From an uncultured beta proteobacterium (GTDB lineage Bacteria; Pseudomonadota; Gammaproteobacteria; Burkholderiales; SG8-41), in the NCBI GenBank assembly GCA_963808765.1, contig CAWEHH010000037.1, forward strand, positions 86,999 to 150,998: 64,000 nucleotides of DNA. Direction: 5' to 3'. Below are positions 10,804 through 21,693 of this stretch, piece by piece. How positions within the stretch are numbered: the first letter of the stretch is position 1; each line of letters starts with the position of its first letter. The notes below the pieces were generated by a model. That model was given only the letters and a program-made list of their open reading frames with translations, was not told the origin of the DNA and did not search any database. The translations under genes were made by a program, and so were the position numbers.

Positions 10804-10867
10804 TGGTCCGATCGATGCGCCGTGCCGGTCCAGGCGCAGCATAACAACGACGAGAAGGATTGCAACG

Positions 10868-11830
10868 ATGAACCCCCTTATTCGCATCGCCATGCTTCTC
10901 ACGTTCGCCGCGGGCGCGCCGCCGACTCACGCTGACAACTATCCGTCGAAAGCGGTGCGCTTCATCGTGGCCTTTCCCGCCGGCGGCAACGCGGACCTCA
11001 TGGGGCGACTCGCGGCCCAAAAGCTCAGCGAAGGCCTGGGACGGCCTTTCGTGGTCGACAACCGCGGTGGGGCGGGCGGCATGATCGCGGAAGAGATCAC
11101 CGCGCGTGCGGTGCCCGACGGATACACGCTGCTGATGGTTTCGCTCGCGCACACCGTCACGCCCGCCATGAACAAGAAGCTCTCCTACGATCCGGCCCGC
11201 GATCTCATCCCGGTGTCGCTGCTGGTCTCGGTACCCAACGTCCTGATCGTCAACAAGTCCGTGAGCGCGCAGTCGGTGCCCGAGCTGATCAAGCTCGCGA
11301 AAGCCAAACCGGGCGAGCTCAACTACGCGTCGTCGAACGGCACCACGCTGCACCTCGCCGGGGAACTGTTCAAGAGCATGACCGGCACCGATATCGTGAA
11401 CGTCAACTACAAGAGCGGGGGGCTCGCCGGACCCGATCTCGAGGCGGGCCGCGTGCAGATGTCATTCTCGGTCATGACCACCGCGATCAGCATGCTGAAG
11501 AACGGCCGCGTGCGCGCGCTCGCCGTCACGAGCGCGAAGCGCTCCCCCGCGCTCCCGGACCTCCCCGCGATCGCGGAGTTCGTGCCGGGCTATGAGATCA
11601 CGGGTTGGCAGGGCGTGCTCGCCCCTGCTGGTACATCGCGCGCGATCGTCGCGAAAGTGAGCGCCGAGCTCGCCCGCGCCATGCGCAGCCCCGATGTGCG
11701 GGCGAAGCTCGTCGCGATGGGCGCCGATCCGATCGGCAGCACGCCCGAGGAATTCGCCGCCTTCCGCAAGACGGAGTTCGCGAGAATGAACACGCTGGTC
11801 GCCAAAGCCGGCATCAGATCCGAAATGTGA
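10868..11830 (+). CDS. Bug/TctC substrate-binding protein
   Basis: YPSKAVRFIVAFPAGGNAD, PDGYTLL, RALAVTS. Confidence 0.92.
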   Translation: MNPLIRIAMLLTFAAGAPPTHADNYPSKAVRFIVAFPAGGNADLMGRLAAQKLSEGLGRPFVVDNRGGAGGMIAEEITARAVPDGYTLLMVSLAHTVTPAMNKKLSYDPARDLIPVSLLVSVPNVLIVNKSVSAQSVPELIKLAKAKPGELNYASSNGTTLHLAGELFKSMTGTDIVNVNYKSGGLAGPDLEAGRVQMSFSVMTTAISMLKNGRVRALAVTSAKRSPALPDLPAIAEFVPGYEITGWQGVLAPAGTSRAIVAKVSAELARAMRSPDVRAKLVAMGADPIGSTPEEFAAFRKTEFARMNTLVAKAGIRSEM

Positions 11831-11840
11831 GAGGCATCCG

Positions 11841-13191
11841 ATGAGCACGTCAGCCGAGACGCTCGCCCGATTCGCAGCCGAGCTTAAGTTCGAGGACATC
11901 CCGCAGCCCGTCGTGCAGCGCGCGAAGGACTGCATCACCGACACGCTCGGCGTATGCACCTTCGGCTCGGCGCTGCCATGGAGCCGGATGGTCGCCGCGT
12001 ATGCGGGACGTTACGGCGGCGGCGGGCCGTGCAGCGTGCTCGGCTTTCCCGAGCTGCGCATGCATGCGCCCTATGCAGCGCTGACCAACGGCGTGCTCGC
12101 CCACGCGTTTGAGCAGGACAGCCTGCGCGATCCCGGCGTCGGCGCGCACCCGGGCGCGGCGATCGCACCGGCAATTCTCGCGATTTGTGAAGAGCGCGGC
12201 ATCGACGGCAAGACCGCCATCGCCGCGTTCGTCGCCGGCGTCGAGATCATGTTCCGCATCGGGCTCGCGTCCCATCACACGCCCGAGAAGATCGGATTTC
12301 ACGGGCCGGGACTGACGGGCCCCTATGCCGCCGCCGCGGCTGTGGGCCGCCTCCTGGGATTCGACGCGCAGCGCATGTGCAACGCGCTCGGCATCGCGGG
12401 CTCGCTCTCTTCGGGATTGCTCGCTTTCACGAAGTCGAAGCAGGGCGCGATGGTGAAGCGCCTGCACCTCGGACGCGCCTCGGAATCCGGTGTGCTGGCT
12501 GCGAGCCTGGCGGAAGAAGGCTACGAGGGCCCGGAGACCGTGCTCGACGGCAAGTTCGGCTACCTTCAGGCCTATTGCAAGCCCGACGGCGTCGAGCCCG
12601 AGCTGCTCACGAAGGGCCTGGGGGAGACGTGGGAGACGCTGCGCATCTGCATGAAGCGCTATGCGTGCCACATCACCAGCCATACGCCGGTCCAGGCGCT
12701 GCGCGCGCTCATGGCCGAGCACCGGTTCACCGGCGAGGATGCGCTCGGCGTTACGGTGGAAGGTAGCGAGAAGCTCGCTACCCATCACAACATTCCCGAG
12801 CCCGGCGATGTGATGCAGGCGCAGTACAGCCTTCCCTTCTGCATCGCGCTTGCGCTCCACCGCGATCCCGACGATCCGAAGTCCTTCACCGAAGGCGCGC
12901 TCGAGGACGTCCGGATACGTGAGTCCGCTCGCACGATCAAGGTGCGTCCGCTGCAGACGCCGGGCAAGACCGGGCGCAGCACGCGCGTCATCGTCGAGCT
13001 GAAGGACGGCCGCACGCTCGAGCGCGAGGAGCACACGTTCAAAGGCATGCCGGCCGATCCGCTCGACCGCGCGGCGCTCCAGCGCAAGTTCATGCGGCTC
13101 ACCTCCGGCATGGGTGAAGCACGCAGCGCGCAGCTCTTCGAACGGCTTGCGAGCATGGAAACGCTGCAGACCTTTTACAATCTCCCAGTGA
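11841..13191 (+). CDS. MmgE/PrpD family protein, copy 1 (apparent read-through into copy 2 probably caused by an indel near 13172)
   Basis: NGVLAHAFEQD, HPG, GFHGPG, KRLHLG, KRYACH, QYSLPF; removing one T from CCTTTT gives TGA at 13189-13191. Confidence 0.85.
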
Positions 13192-13199
13192 GATCACCC

Positions 13200-14599
13200 A
13201 TGAATATCACCACCGATCAGAAAGCCCTTCAGACCGAAAGCCCGACCGCGCAGATCGCGGCCATCGTCGCCCGCTTCACGTCCTCCTCGCTCGACGAGCA
13301 GTCGATCGCCGCAGCCAAGCTCCTGATCGCCGACGGCATCGCGGTGGCGGTGGCGGGCAGCGACGAAGATGCGCCGAAGATCGTCGCAGCACATGTGAAA
13401 GACATGGGCTGCCGCGAAGAAGCTTCCGTGTGGAGCTTCGGCTACAAGACTTCACCCGCCCAGGCGGCGTATGCCAACGCGGTGTCGATGCACGTGCTCG
13501 ACTTCGAGCCGATGTCGAGCCCGCCTACGCACGCGGTCTCGCCCACGCTGCCGGTCGCGTTCGCGCTCGGCGAAATGTTGAAAGCTACGGGGCGCGAGAT
13601 CGTAACCGCGTGCGCGAAAGGCTTCGAGATGCAGGGGCGCGTGCTGTTCGCGTCGAGCCACGAGCGCGGGCTCGCTTCCTTTCCACACACCCGGGCGTCG
13701 TCGGCGTGATGGGCTCGGCGGTCGCGGCCTCGCACCTGCTCGGCCTGGAGCCGAAGCAGATCCAGCACGCGCTCGGCATCGCCGCCTCGCGCTGCGCGGG
13801 GCTTTCGGCCAATACCGGCTCGATGGTGAAGTGCACGCACTGCGGCAACGTAGCTGCCGCGGGACTGGAAGCCGGTTTGCTCGCCAAGGGGGGCTTCATC
13901 GCGAATCCGGGCATCTTCGAAGCGAAAGCCGGTTACGTCGAGACGTTCTTCCCGACGCACTTCGATTACGACGTCCTATTCCAGTTCGGGCGGCCGTTCC
14001 GCTTCGTCGATCCCGGCATGGCGATAAAGTTCTACCCTCGAAGTACCCTACGCATTTCGGGATCGCCGCGGCGACGGCGCTGCGCAAGCGCGTGTCCAAC
14101 GCGGGCGACATCGCACACGGTACACATCGACATCCCGGAGATCACCGACGCGGACAGGCCCAAGCCGCGCTCGGGGCTCGAAGGCAAGTTCAGCTTCCAG
14201 TACACCGTGGCCGCGGCGCTGCTCGACGGGCGAGTAGGCATCGACACCTTCACCGACGATCGCCGATTCCGCGCCGACATGACGGCGCTGCTCGACAAGA
14301 TCGAGCTCACGCGCGATCCGTCGCGCTCGCGCGACACGCGCAACATGCGTGTCGAAGTGACGCTCACGATGCGCGACGGCACGACGCACAAGGAAGTGTG
14401 TGCGAGGCCGCCCGGCTCGTGGGGCGCGCCGATCGACCCGGAAAGCCATCGTGCGAAGGTGCGCAGTTGCCTCGGCGTGAGGCTGTCGGAGGCGGACGCC
14501 GCTTCCGCGCTCGACCTGCTGGGCAGGCTCGAGCAGCTCGGCCCTCAGGACGTGCAGCGTCTGATGGCGCTGCTGCGCGGGCCGGCGCAGGCGAAATGA
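13200..14599 (+). CDS. MmgE/PrpD family protein, copy 2 (several frameshifts)
   Basis: HVLDFEP..THAVS, HPGVVG, KCTHCGN, KFYP/SKYPTH, GKFSFQY motifs spread over frames. Confidence 0.85.
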
Positions 14600-14630
14600 T
14601 CATCAAATACCGCGACTACAAGGAACCGAT

Positions 14631-15701
14631 ATGACCAAAAACCGTGAAATGACGATGCTGATCGTGGGTGACGTTTTCGTGCTCCGCGACGATCCGCCCA
14701 GCGTGTTCAAGCACGTGAAAGACCTGATGCGATCGGCCGATTTCATGCTCGGCAACCTCGAAGGGTCGGTCTGCGACACGGGCAAGGCGGTCGACAAGCT
14801 GGGCGCCGAGGCCTGGAAAGCGGACTCGCGCCAGCTATCGGCGATCGAGACGGCGGGCTTCCACGCGATGAACGTCGCCAACAATCACATGATGGATTTC
14901 GGCACCGACGCGATGCTTGCGACGATCGAGAACATGGAGCGCATCGGCGTGAAGCACACCGGGGGTGGACGCAACTTCGCGGAAGCTCACGCACCCGCCA
15001 TCGTCGAGCGCGACGGCTGCAAGGTCGCGATGCTCGGCTACACGTGCGTCTTCATGGACAAGTGGGCGGCCGGTCCCAATAACGCGGGGCTCGCGGTGGT
15101 CGGCGCGCGCACGTCGTACGAGCCGCCGAAGCGCGTGTTCGAGACGCCGGGGTCGCCGCCTATCATCCACACCTTCGCCATCGCCGAGCACAAGGCGCAG
15201 CTTGCGAAAGACATCGCCGCCGCGCGCGAGCAGGCCGACATCGTCATCTGCACGTTCCACTGGGGGGTCTCGTCGGGCTTCAGGCACCTGACCGAATACC
15301 AGGTCGAACTCGGACGCTTTTCGATCGATTCGGGCGCGGACCTCGTCTTCGGCCATCATCCGCACCTCTTGCAGGGTATCGAAGTGCACAACGGCCGCGC
15401 GATCTTCTATTCGCTGGGCAACTTCACGTTCGCCCGACACCACCCACACAAGGGGCACGAGTACAAGACCGGCATGGTCCGCTGCCGCATCCGTGACAGG
15501 AAGATCTGCGCGGTCGATTTCCTGCCCGCGCGGGGCGACAAGAACGTCGAGCCGCGCTTGCTCGACGTCGAGGAAGGGCGCGACATCGTCGAGCTCATCA
15601 AGGCGCGCTCGGCCGATTTCGGCACGGAATTCGTCGAGGCCGGAGACTGCCTGCAGGTCGTTCCCGACTCGGCACGGATCGAGACGTCCAAGGCCGCGTA
15701 G
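14631..15701 (+). CDS. CapA/PGA_cap-family metallophosphoesterase-fold protein, copy 1 (no signal peptide)
   Basis: GDV, NLEG, ANNHMMD, HWG, GHHPH, YSLGNF motifs. Confidence 0.9.
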   Translation: MTKNREMTMLIVGDVFVLRDDPPSVFKHVKDLMRSADFMLGNLEGSVCDTGKAVDKLGAEAWKADSRQLSAIETAGFHAMNVANNHMMDFGTDAMLATIENMERIGVKHTGGGRNFAEAHAPAIVERDGCKVAMLGYTCVFMDKWAAGPNNAGLAVVGARTSYEPPKRVFETPGSPPIIHTFAIAEHKAQLAKDIAAAREQADIVICTFHWGVSSGFRHLTEYQVELGRFSIDSGADLVFGHHPHLLQGIEVHNGRAIFYSLGNFTFARHHPHKGHEYKTGMVRCRIRDRKICAVDFLPARGDKNVEPRLLDVEEGRDIVELIKARSADFGTEFVEAGDCLQVVPDSARIETSKAA

Positions 15702-15808
15702 AGCGGGCGTCAAAAAGCTCATCGCTTGCCGTCGCATCCGCACAGAGGGCGATATAACTCGAGAACCTACCCCGGTTTTGTTCCTTTCATAGACAAAGAA
15801 GAAATCCA

Positions 15809-18100
15809 ATGAGTAACGAAACCCATCATCATCACGACGGCCAACGCGTAGAAGACTTTCGCCTCATAACAGGCGCGGGCAGGTATGCCTCGGACTGGAA
15901 TGCGCCCGGCCAGCTATACGGCCATTTCGTGCGCGCCGACAGGGCGCATGCGGACATCGTCTCGGTGGATACGCAGAATGCGCTCGCCTTTGCCGGCGTG
16001 AAGCACGTGTTCACCGGTGAAGACGCCGTGCGCGCCGGGTACATCAAGGCACCGCATCTCCTGACTTTGCCCGGCCGCAACGGCATGAAGGCGAGGTCGC
16101 CGCTGCGGCCGGTGCTCGCTCATGGGAAGGTCCGTTTCGTCGGCGAAGCCGTCGCACTGGTCGTGGCCGACAGCGCCGCTGCCGCGCAGGACGCCGCCGA
16201 GCTCGTGGAAGTCGAGTATCGCGACCTGCAGAGTGTCACCGATCCGGAAGGCGCACTGGCCGCCGGCGCGCCGCAACTGTGCGACGACGCGCCCGGCAAT
16301 CTCGCTTTCGAGTCCGAGGTCGGCGATGAAAAGGCGGTGGAGGCGGCTTTTGCCACCGCGGCGCACATCACCCGGGCGAAAGTGGTGTCGACGCGCGTGT
16401 CGCCGAGTCCCATGGAGCCGCGCGCGTGCCTCGTCGCGTATGATCCTGCGACAGAGTCGTATCGGCTCAACTGCCCCATGCAGGGCGTCACCACTCTGCG
16501 CGGGCAGCTTTCGTCCTACACGAAAGTGCCGCAGGAAAAGCTCGTATCCGACGCGCGCGACATCGGCGGCGGGTTCGGCCAGCGCTCGAGCGCCTATCCG
16601 GAATACGCAGCGCTCATGATCGCTGCGAAAACGCTCGGAGCGCCGTGAAGTGGATTTCCACGCGCATGGAAGGTTTCCTGACCGACACGCACGGCCGCAA
16701 CACGATCGCGGACGGCCAGCTCGCGCTCGACAAGGATGGAAAGTTCCTGGCGATGCGCATCGACTGGATCAACGACATGGGGGCGTACCTTTCGCCGGGC
16801 GCGTTCGGGCACATTCGCAACACGACCCTTTGCATGACCGGCGTCTACCGCATCCCGGCGCTGTACGCGACCTATCGCGTTCCGTTGACGAATACCACGC
16901 CCCTCGGCGCCTATCGCGGCGCCGGACGGCCGGATATCGCGTATGCCGTCGAACGCCTCGTGAACCAGGCTGCAGCAGAAATCGGCGTGGACCCGGCGGA
17001 GCTGCGCCGGCGCAACTTCATTCCGCCGTCGGTTTTCCCGTACACGTCGCCGACCGGCGGCAGCTACGAGATCGCCGATATGCCGGGCATGCTCGAGAAG
17101 GCGCTCGCGCTGGCCGACTGGACGGGTTTCGCTAACGCGACGTGCGAAATCGAAGGCAGCCGGAAAGCTTCGCGGCATCGGCATATCGACCGTCATCGAG
17201 AATACCGGCGCCGGTAACGCCCCGAAAGACGAGATCGAGATCCAGCTCGACGCGAGCGGCACGGTCACCGTGTTCACGGTCGCCAAGGCGCAGGGACACG
17301 GCCATGAGACGACGTTCGGGCAGATCATCGCGAATGCGCTGCACATTCCGCTCAAGCAGGTGAAGATCGTGCAATGCGTGCCCGGCACCAAGCTCCAGGG
17401 AAACGGTACCGGCGGTTCCCGCAGCACCGTCGGCGCCGGCAGCGTGTGCCATCTCGCGGCACAGAAGCTCGTCGAAGAGGGCAAGGCGCTGGCGGCGCTC
17501 GAGCTTCATCTCGAGCCGTCCCGGATCGTCTACGCGAAAGGCGAGTTCAGGTCCGATGCATCGGATCGCATCGTGAAGCTCGCCGACCTGGCGAAAGAGA
17601 AAACGTTGAGCTTCATGGCGGAAGGCAAATTCGGGTCGACGTATCCAAACGGATGTCACATCGCCGAAGTCGAGGTCGATCCCGAGACCGGCACCGCGAA
17701 GGTCATGTCGTATTGCGCAGTCGACGACATCGGCGTCGTCATCAACCATACCGTCGTCGAAGGGCAACTGCATGGCGGCGTGATACAGGGCGCGGGTCAG
17801 GTCTTCGGCGAGCAGGTGGTTTACGATCCGGCGACGGGACAATCGCTGACGGCGAGCTTCCAGGACTACTATATGCCGCGCGCGGGTCTGATCCCCGAGA
17901 TTCGCGGGGAAGAACATCCCACGGAGAGCAAGGTGAGTCCGCTCGGCGTCAAGGGCATGGGCGAATCCGGCTGCACGGCTTCGATTCCCGTCCTGGTTGC
18001 CGCGGTGATCGACGCCGTGCGCCCGCTGGGAATCCAGCACCTCGACATGCCGCTCACGCCGGCGAGCCTATGGCGGGCGATCAGCGATGCCGCGAGGTGA
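15809..18100 (+). CDS. Xanthine dehydrogenase-family molybdopterin large subunit (form II CoxL-like), split by two frameshifts
   Basis: RVEDFRLITGAG, GGGFG, AYRGAGR, QGHGHET, GQLHGG, KGMGESG across ORFs 15809..16648, 16645..17217 and 17270..18100. Confidence 0.88.
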
Positions 18101-18244
18101 CGCCGGCGCGGGCGCACTACACTAACAACCCCGGGCTTGCGAAGGTGAGTGGGCCCGTCAGGGGGAACGAGATTCATGTGGCGGCCGCGAGCTCGGTCGC
18201 CGCGAGTAGAACGGGCAAGGTGCTCGCGCTTGCAGCTCGAGCTT

Positions 18245-19150
18245 TCAGTCGCGGGCGGGAAGTGCGCCGAGATACTGCTGGATGAGCTTGATCGATTCGC
18301 GCGCGACGCGAGACAACGGGCGCTGAGCGGCGATCGCGATGTTCAGCGCGCGCGTGAGCCGCGGCTGCACGATCTCGTTGAGCTGCAGCTTGTCGGAAAC
18401 ATTGTGCATCGTCAGCGAAAACGCGGGCAGGATCGCGTAGCCGTGGCCCTGCTGCACGAGGTCGACGATGAACTGTGCGCCTTCGACCTGCAACACGATG
18501 TTGAGCGAAACCTTGAGGCGCGCCGCCTGCGCTTCCACGAGATTGCGGATCGCATGCGGCACGCTCGGCAGAATCAGCGGAAGGGAGGACACGTCCTTGA
18601 AATGCACCGCGGCTCCGGGCGGCGCGGGCGCGCGGCGAACGCGTGAAACCAGGTACAGCTCGTGGGCCGCAAGCGGGATGATCTCGATGGCCGGCCGGAT
18701 CGCCGGGCCGTGCACGATCCCGATGTCGACGCGTCCGCTGAGGACCCACTCCTGGATCGCGCGGCTCTTGCCTTCGATGATCTCGAGGGAAGCTTTGGGA
18801 AAGCGCGACCGGAAAGCGCTGACGAAGTCTCGCGTGAGCACCTCCTTGGTCACCGGTGCCGCCGCGATCGCGACGCTCCCGACCACCTCTTCGCGGTTCG
18901 ATTCCAGCGCCTGCTGCGCTTCTTCGACCTGTTCGAGAATTTTTCTGGCGTGGCTCAGCAGCAGATGGCCGGCTTGCGTCAACGCGATGCCGCGGCCGTG
19001 CCGGGTGAAGAGCGACTGCTTCAATTGCACCTCGAGGCGGCGCACCTGCTTGCTGAGCGCGGGCTGGTTGACGGCGAGCTTGAGCGAAGCCCGGGTATAG
19101 CTGCCCGCATCCGCCACGCCGACAAAGTAGCGAAGCTGCTCAAGGTCCAT
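18245..19150 (-). CDS. LysR-family transcriptional regulator (Nac-like)
   Basis: MDLEQLRYFV...QPALSKQVRRLE...LFTRHGRG HTH plus substrate-binding domain. Confidence 0.92.
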   Translation of the reverse strand: MDLEQLRYFVGVADAGSYTRASLKLAVNQPALSKQVRRLEVQLKQSLFTRHGRGIALTQAGHLLLSHARKILEQVEEAQQALESNREEVVGSVAIAAAPVTKEVLTRDFVSAFRSRFPKASLEIIEGKSRAIQEWVLSGRVDIGIVHGPAIRPAIEIIPLAAHELYLVSRVRRAPAPPGAAVHFKDVSSLPLILPSVPHAIRNLVEAQAARLKVSLNIVLQVEGAQFIVDLVQQGHGYAILPAFSLTMHNVSDKLQLNEIVQPRLTRALNIAIAAQRPLSRVARESIKLIQQYLGALPARD

Positions 19151-19162
19151 TGGCTGACGAGA

Positions 19163-19177
19163 ATTCCAGCATGGAAT
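19163..19177. promoter_or_regulatory. Candidate LysR operator (T-N11-A dyad)
   Basis: ATTCC-AGCAT-GGAAT palindrome 12 bp upstream of the LysR start in a divergent region. Confidence 0.55.
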
Positions 19178-19295
19178 ACCAGCTAGTCTAGCAAAGCGGC
19201 TCCAAGGCGTTCGCAGAAAACTAGAATCGCTGGAACGTACCCGAAGTGAGCACGACCGCCCGCGGAATTCCAAGATCAGCGCGGCCGGAACCACA

Positions 19296-19578
19296 ATGCG
19301 AGTCAGGAGAAACCCTTGCATCTGTTCGCTACCGGTGTTCTTTTTCTGATAGGGCTGGCGCTCCAGCGTTCGCCCAGGATTCTCCGAGCGGGCGGATGAT
19401 CCGCATCCTGACTTCGCAGGCGGGTAGCGGCAGCGACGTGATCGCGCGCATCGTGTCGGACGAGCTGCCCGGAACGCCCTTCGGTCAACGCGCAATCTGC
19501 GAGCTTGCCGCCACGGTCAAGTCCGAGATGGCGCGATGGGGCAGACTCATCAAGGAAAAGGGCATTCGCGAAGAGTAA
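19296..19578 (+). pseudogene. Internally deleted Bug/TctC remnant
   Basis: N-terminal IRILTSQAGSGSDVIAR joined directly to C-terminal VKSEMARWGRLIKEKGIREE. Confidence 0.7.
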
Positions 19579-19604
19579 GCAAATTAATCAGAAGGGAGTC
19601 TCAC

Positions 19605-20660
19605 ATGTCCAAGGACCAGACCATGCTCATCGTCGGCGACGTGTTCGTCCGCCGCGACGACCCTCGCAGCGTGTTTCAGCACGTGAAGGACCTCATGCGC
19701 TCCGCCGATTTCATGCTGGGCAACCTGGAAGGCTCGGTGGCCGACAGCGGCGCGCCGCGCAAGAAGAGCGGCGCGTCGGCGTGGAAAGCGGATTCGAAGC
19801 AAATGACGGCGATCGAGACCGCCGGCTTTCACGTGATGACCGTCGCCAACAATCACATGATGGATTACGGCCACGAGGCGATGCTCGAGACGCTTGCCAA
19901 CCTCGACCGCATCGGCGTGAAGCACACGGGCGGCGGCAACACCTTCCCCGAAGCGCATGCGCCCGCGATCGTCGAGCGCGACGGCACAACCGTCGCGCTG
20001 CTCGGCTATACCTGCCTTTTCATGGAAGACTGGGAAGCCGGCCCCAACTCGCCGGGACTCGCCGTCATCAAGGCGCAGACCGCATACCAGTCGCCAACAC
20101 GGTACTTCGAAGCGCCCGGCTCGCCTCCCATCATCAAGAGCTGGGTCGTGCCCGAATACAAGGAGCAGCTTGCGACCGACATCGCGGCGGCGCGCAAGCA
20201 GGCGGATATCGTTATCGCCACGTTCCACTGGGGCATCTCGGCAGGCTTCCAGAAGCTCACCGAGTACCAGGTCGAGCTCGGCCGTCACGCGATCGACTGC
20301 GGCGCCGATTTGGTGTTCGGCCATCACCCGCACCTCATGCAGGGAATCGAAGTGCGTGACGGGCGGCCGATCTTCTATTCCCTGGGCAACTTCACCTTCG
20401 CGCGGCAGGACCGCTCCAAGGGCCACGAGTTCGAGACGATGTTCATCCGCTGCCGCATCCGCGACCGAAAGATCCATGCGGTCGAGTTCGTGCCGTCATG
20501 CTGCGACGAGCAACTGAATCCGCACGTGCTCGACCTCAAGGAAGGCCGCCGCGCGATCGAGATCGTACAGGAGCGCTCGAAGCAGTTCGGCACCCAGTTC
20601 ATCGCCGCCGGCGATGCGATGCGCGTCGTCGTGAAGGCGGCGCAGCGCGAAGCAGCGTGA
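19605..20660 (+). CDS. CapA/PGA_cap-family protein, copy 2 (no signal peptide)
   Basis: Same motifs as 14631..15701 and clearly paralogous; GAAGGGAG RBS. Confidence 0.9.
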   Translation: MSKDQTMLIVGDVFVRRDDPRSVFQHVKDLMRSADFMLGNLEGSVADSGAPRKKSGASAWKADSKQMTAIETAGFHVMTVANNHMMDYGHEAMLETLANLDRIGVKHTGGGNTFPEAHAPAIVERDGTTVALLGYTCLFMEDWEAGPNSPGLAVIKAQTAYQSPTRYFEAPGSPPIIKSWVVPEYKEQLATDIAAARKQADIVIATFHWGISAGFQKLTEYQVELGRHAIDCGADLVFGHHPHLMQGIEVRDGRPIFYSLGNFTFARQDRSKGHEFETMFIRCRIRDRKIHAVEFVPSCCDEQLNPHVLDLKEGRRAIEIVQERSKQFGTQFIAAGDAMRVVVKAAQREAA

Positions 20661-21663
20661 GGTCAACTGTGCGTGACGACCAACCGTTACCCTGGCGAAG
20701 CAGACCAGGATCCATTTTAACGTTGCTCGCGATGATCGCAGCAACTGGCGCCTCCATGGCCCAGCAATACCCCACGAAACCAGTCCGCATGATCGTCCCC
20801 GCGGGTCCCGGCGGGGGCGTGGACACGGTGGCGCGCGCGGTGGGGCAGCCGCTCGGCGTTGCGCTCGGGCAGCCCGTCGTGATGGAGAACCGGCCCGGCG
20901 CGGGGACGATGCTCGCCTCCGAGCTGCTTGCGAAGGCGCCGCCTGACGGTCATACGCTGCTCATGGCCACCAACAGTCACGCGATCAACGCGGGCATTCA
21001 CAAGGCGCTGCGCTACGACGCCATCAACGACTTCGGCCTCGTGACGCTGGTCGCGACGGTTCCGTATTGGCTGGTCGTGCATCCGAGCGTCCCGGCGAAA
21101 TCGGTGAAGGAGCTGATCGCGCTCGCGAAGCGCAGGCCCGGCGAGCTGCATTTCGCCTCGGCGGGCAGCGGCTCGGGAACGCACCTCGCTTTCGAGCTCT
21201 TCAAGTCGATGGCGCAGATCGACGTGGTCCACGTCCCCTACAAGGGCGGCTCGGCCGCGCTGATCGATCTCCTCGGCGGGCACGTGCAGCTCATGATGAG
21301 CAACACGATCAACTCGCGGCCGCACGTGATGAGCAGGCAAGCTCAACGCACTGGCGATCTCGACGGCAAAGCGCAGTCCGATGTATCCGAACGTGCCGAC
21401 CGTCGCTGAAGCCGGTCTGCCTGGCTATCAGTCCGACGTCTGGTACGGCGTCATGGTCCCGGCGAAGACACCGGCGGAGATCGTGGGCCGTCTCAATCGC
21501 GAGATCCTGCACGATCATCGGAACGGGCGAGGCGAAGGCCAGGCTCGCATCGGAAGGCGCGGAAGTGCTCGGCGGCACGCCCGCGGAGTTCGGCACGGTG
21601 CTCCGCAACGACATCAGGAAATGGGCGAAGCTGGCGGCGGGGCTGAAGCTACAGATGGATTGA
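20657..21663 (+). CDS. Bug/TctC substrate-binding protein (frameshifts near 21340 and 21510)
   Basis: YPTKPVRMIVP, HVPYKG, PNVPTVAEAG, WAKLAAG in successive frames. Confidence 0.85.
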
Positions 21664-21693
21664 GACGACAGCAAACACATAAGGTAATCACAC

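Noticed and set aside
11841-13709. Genuine double MmgE/PrpD fusion protein
   Set aside because: A single-base change in a T run restores a stop at 13189-13191 just before the second ATG; likely an artefact, but unverified
15809-18100. True aerobic CO dehydrogenase
   Set aside because: Lacks the form I AYxCSFR motif and adjacent coxMS
14631-20660. Poly-gamma-glutamate capsule locus
   Set aside because: No capB/capC/capE, and the proteins lack membrane anchors
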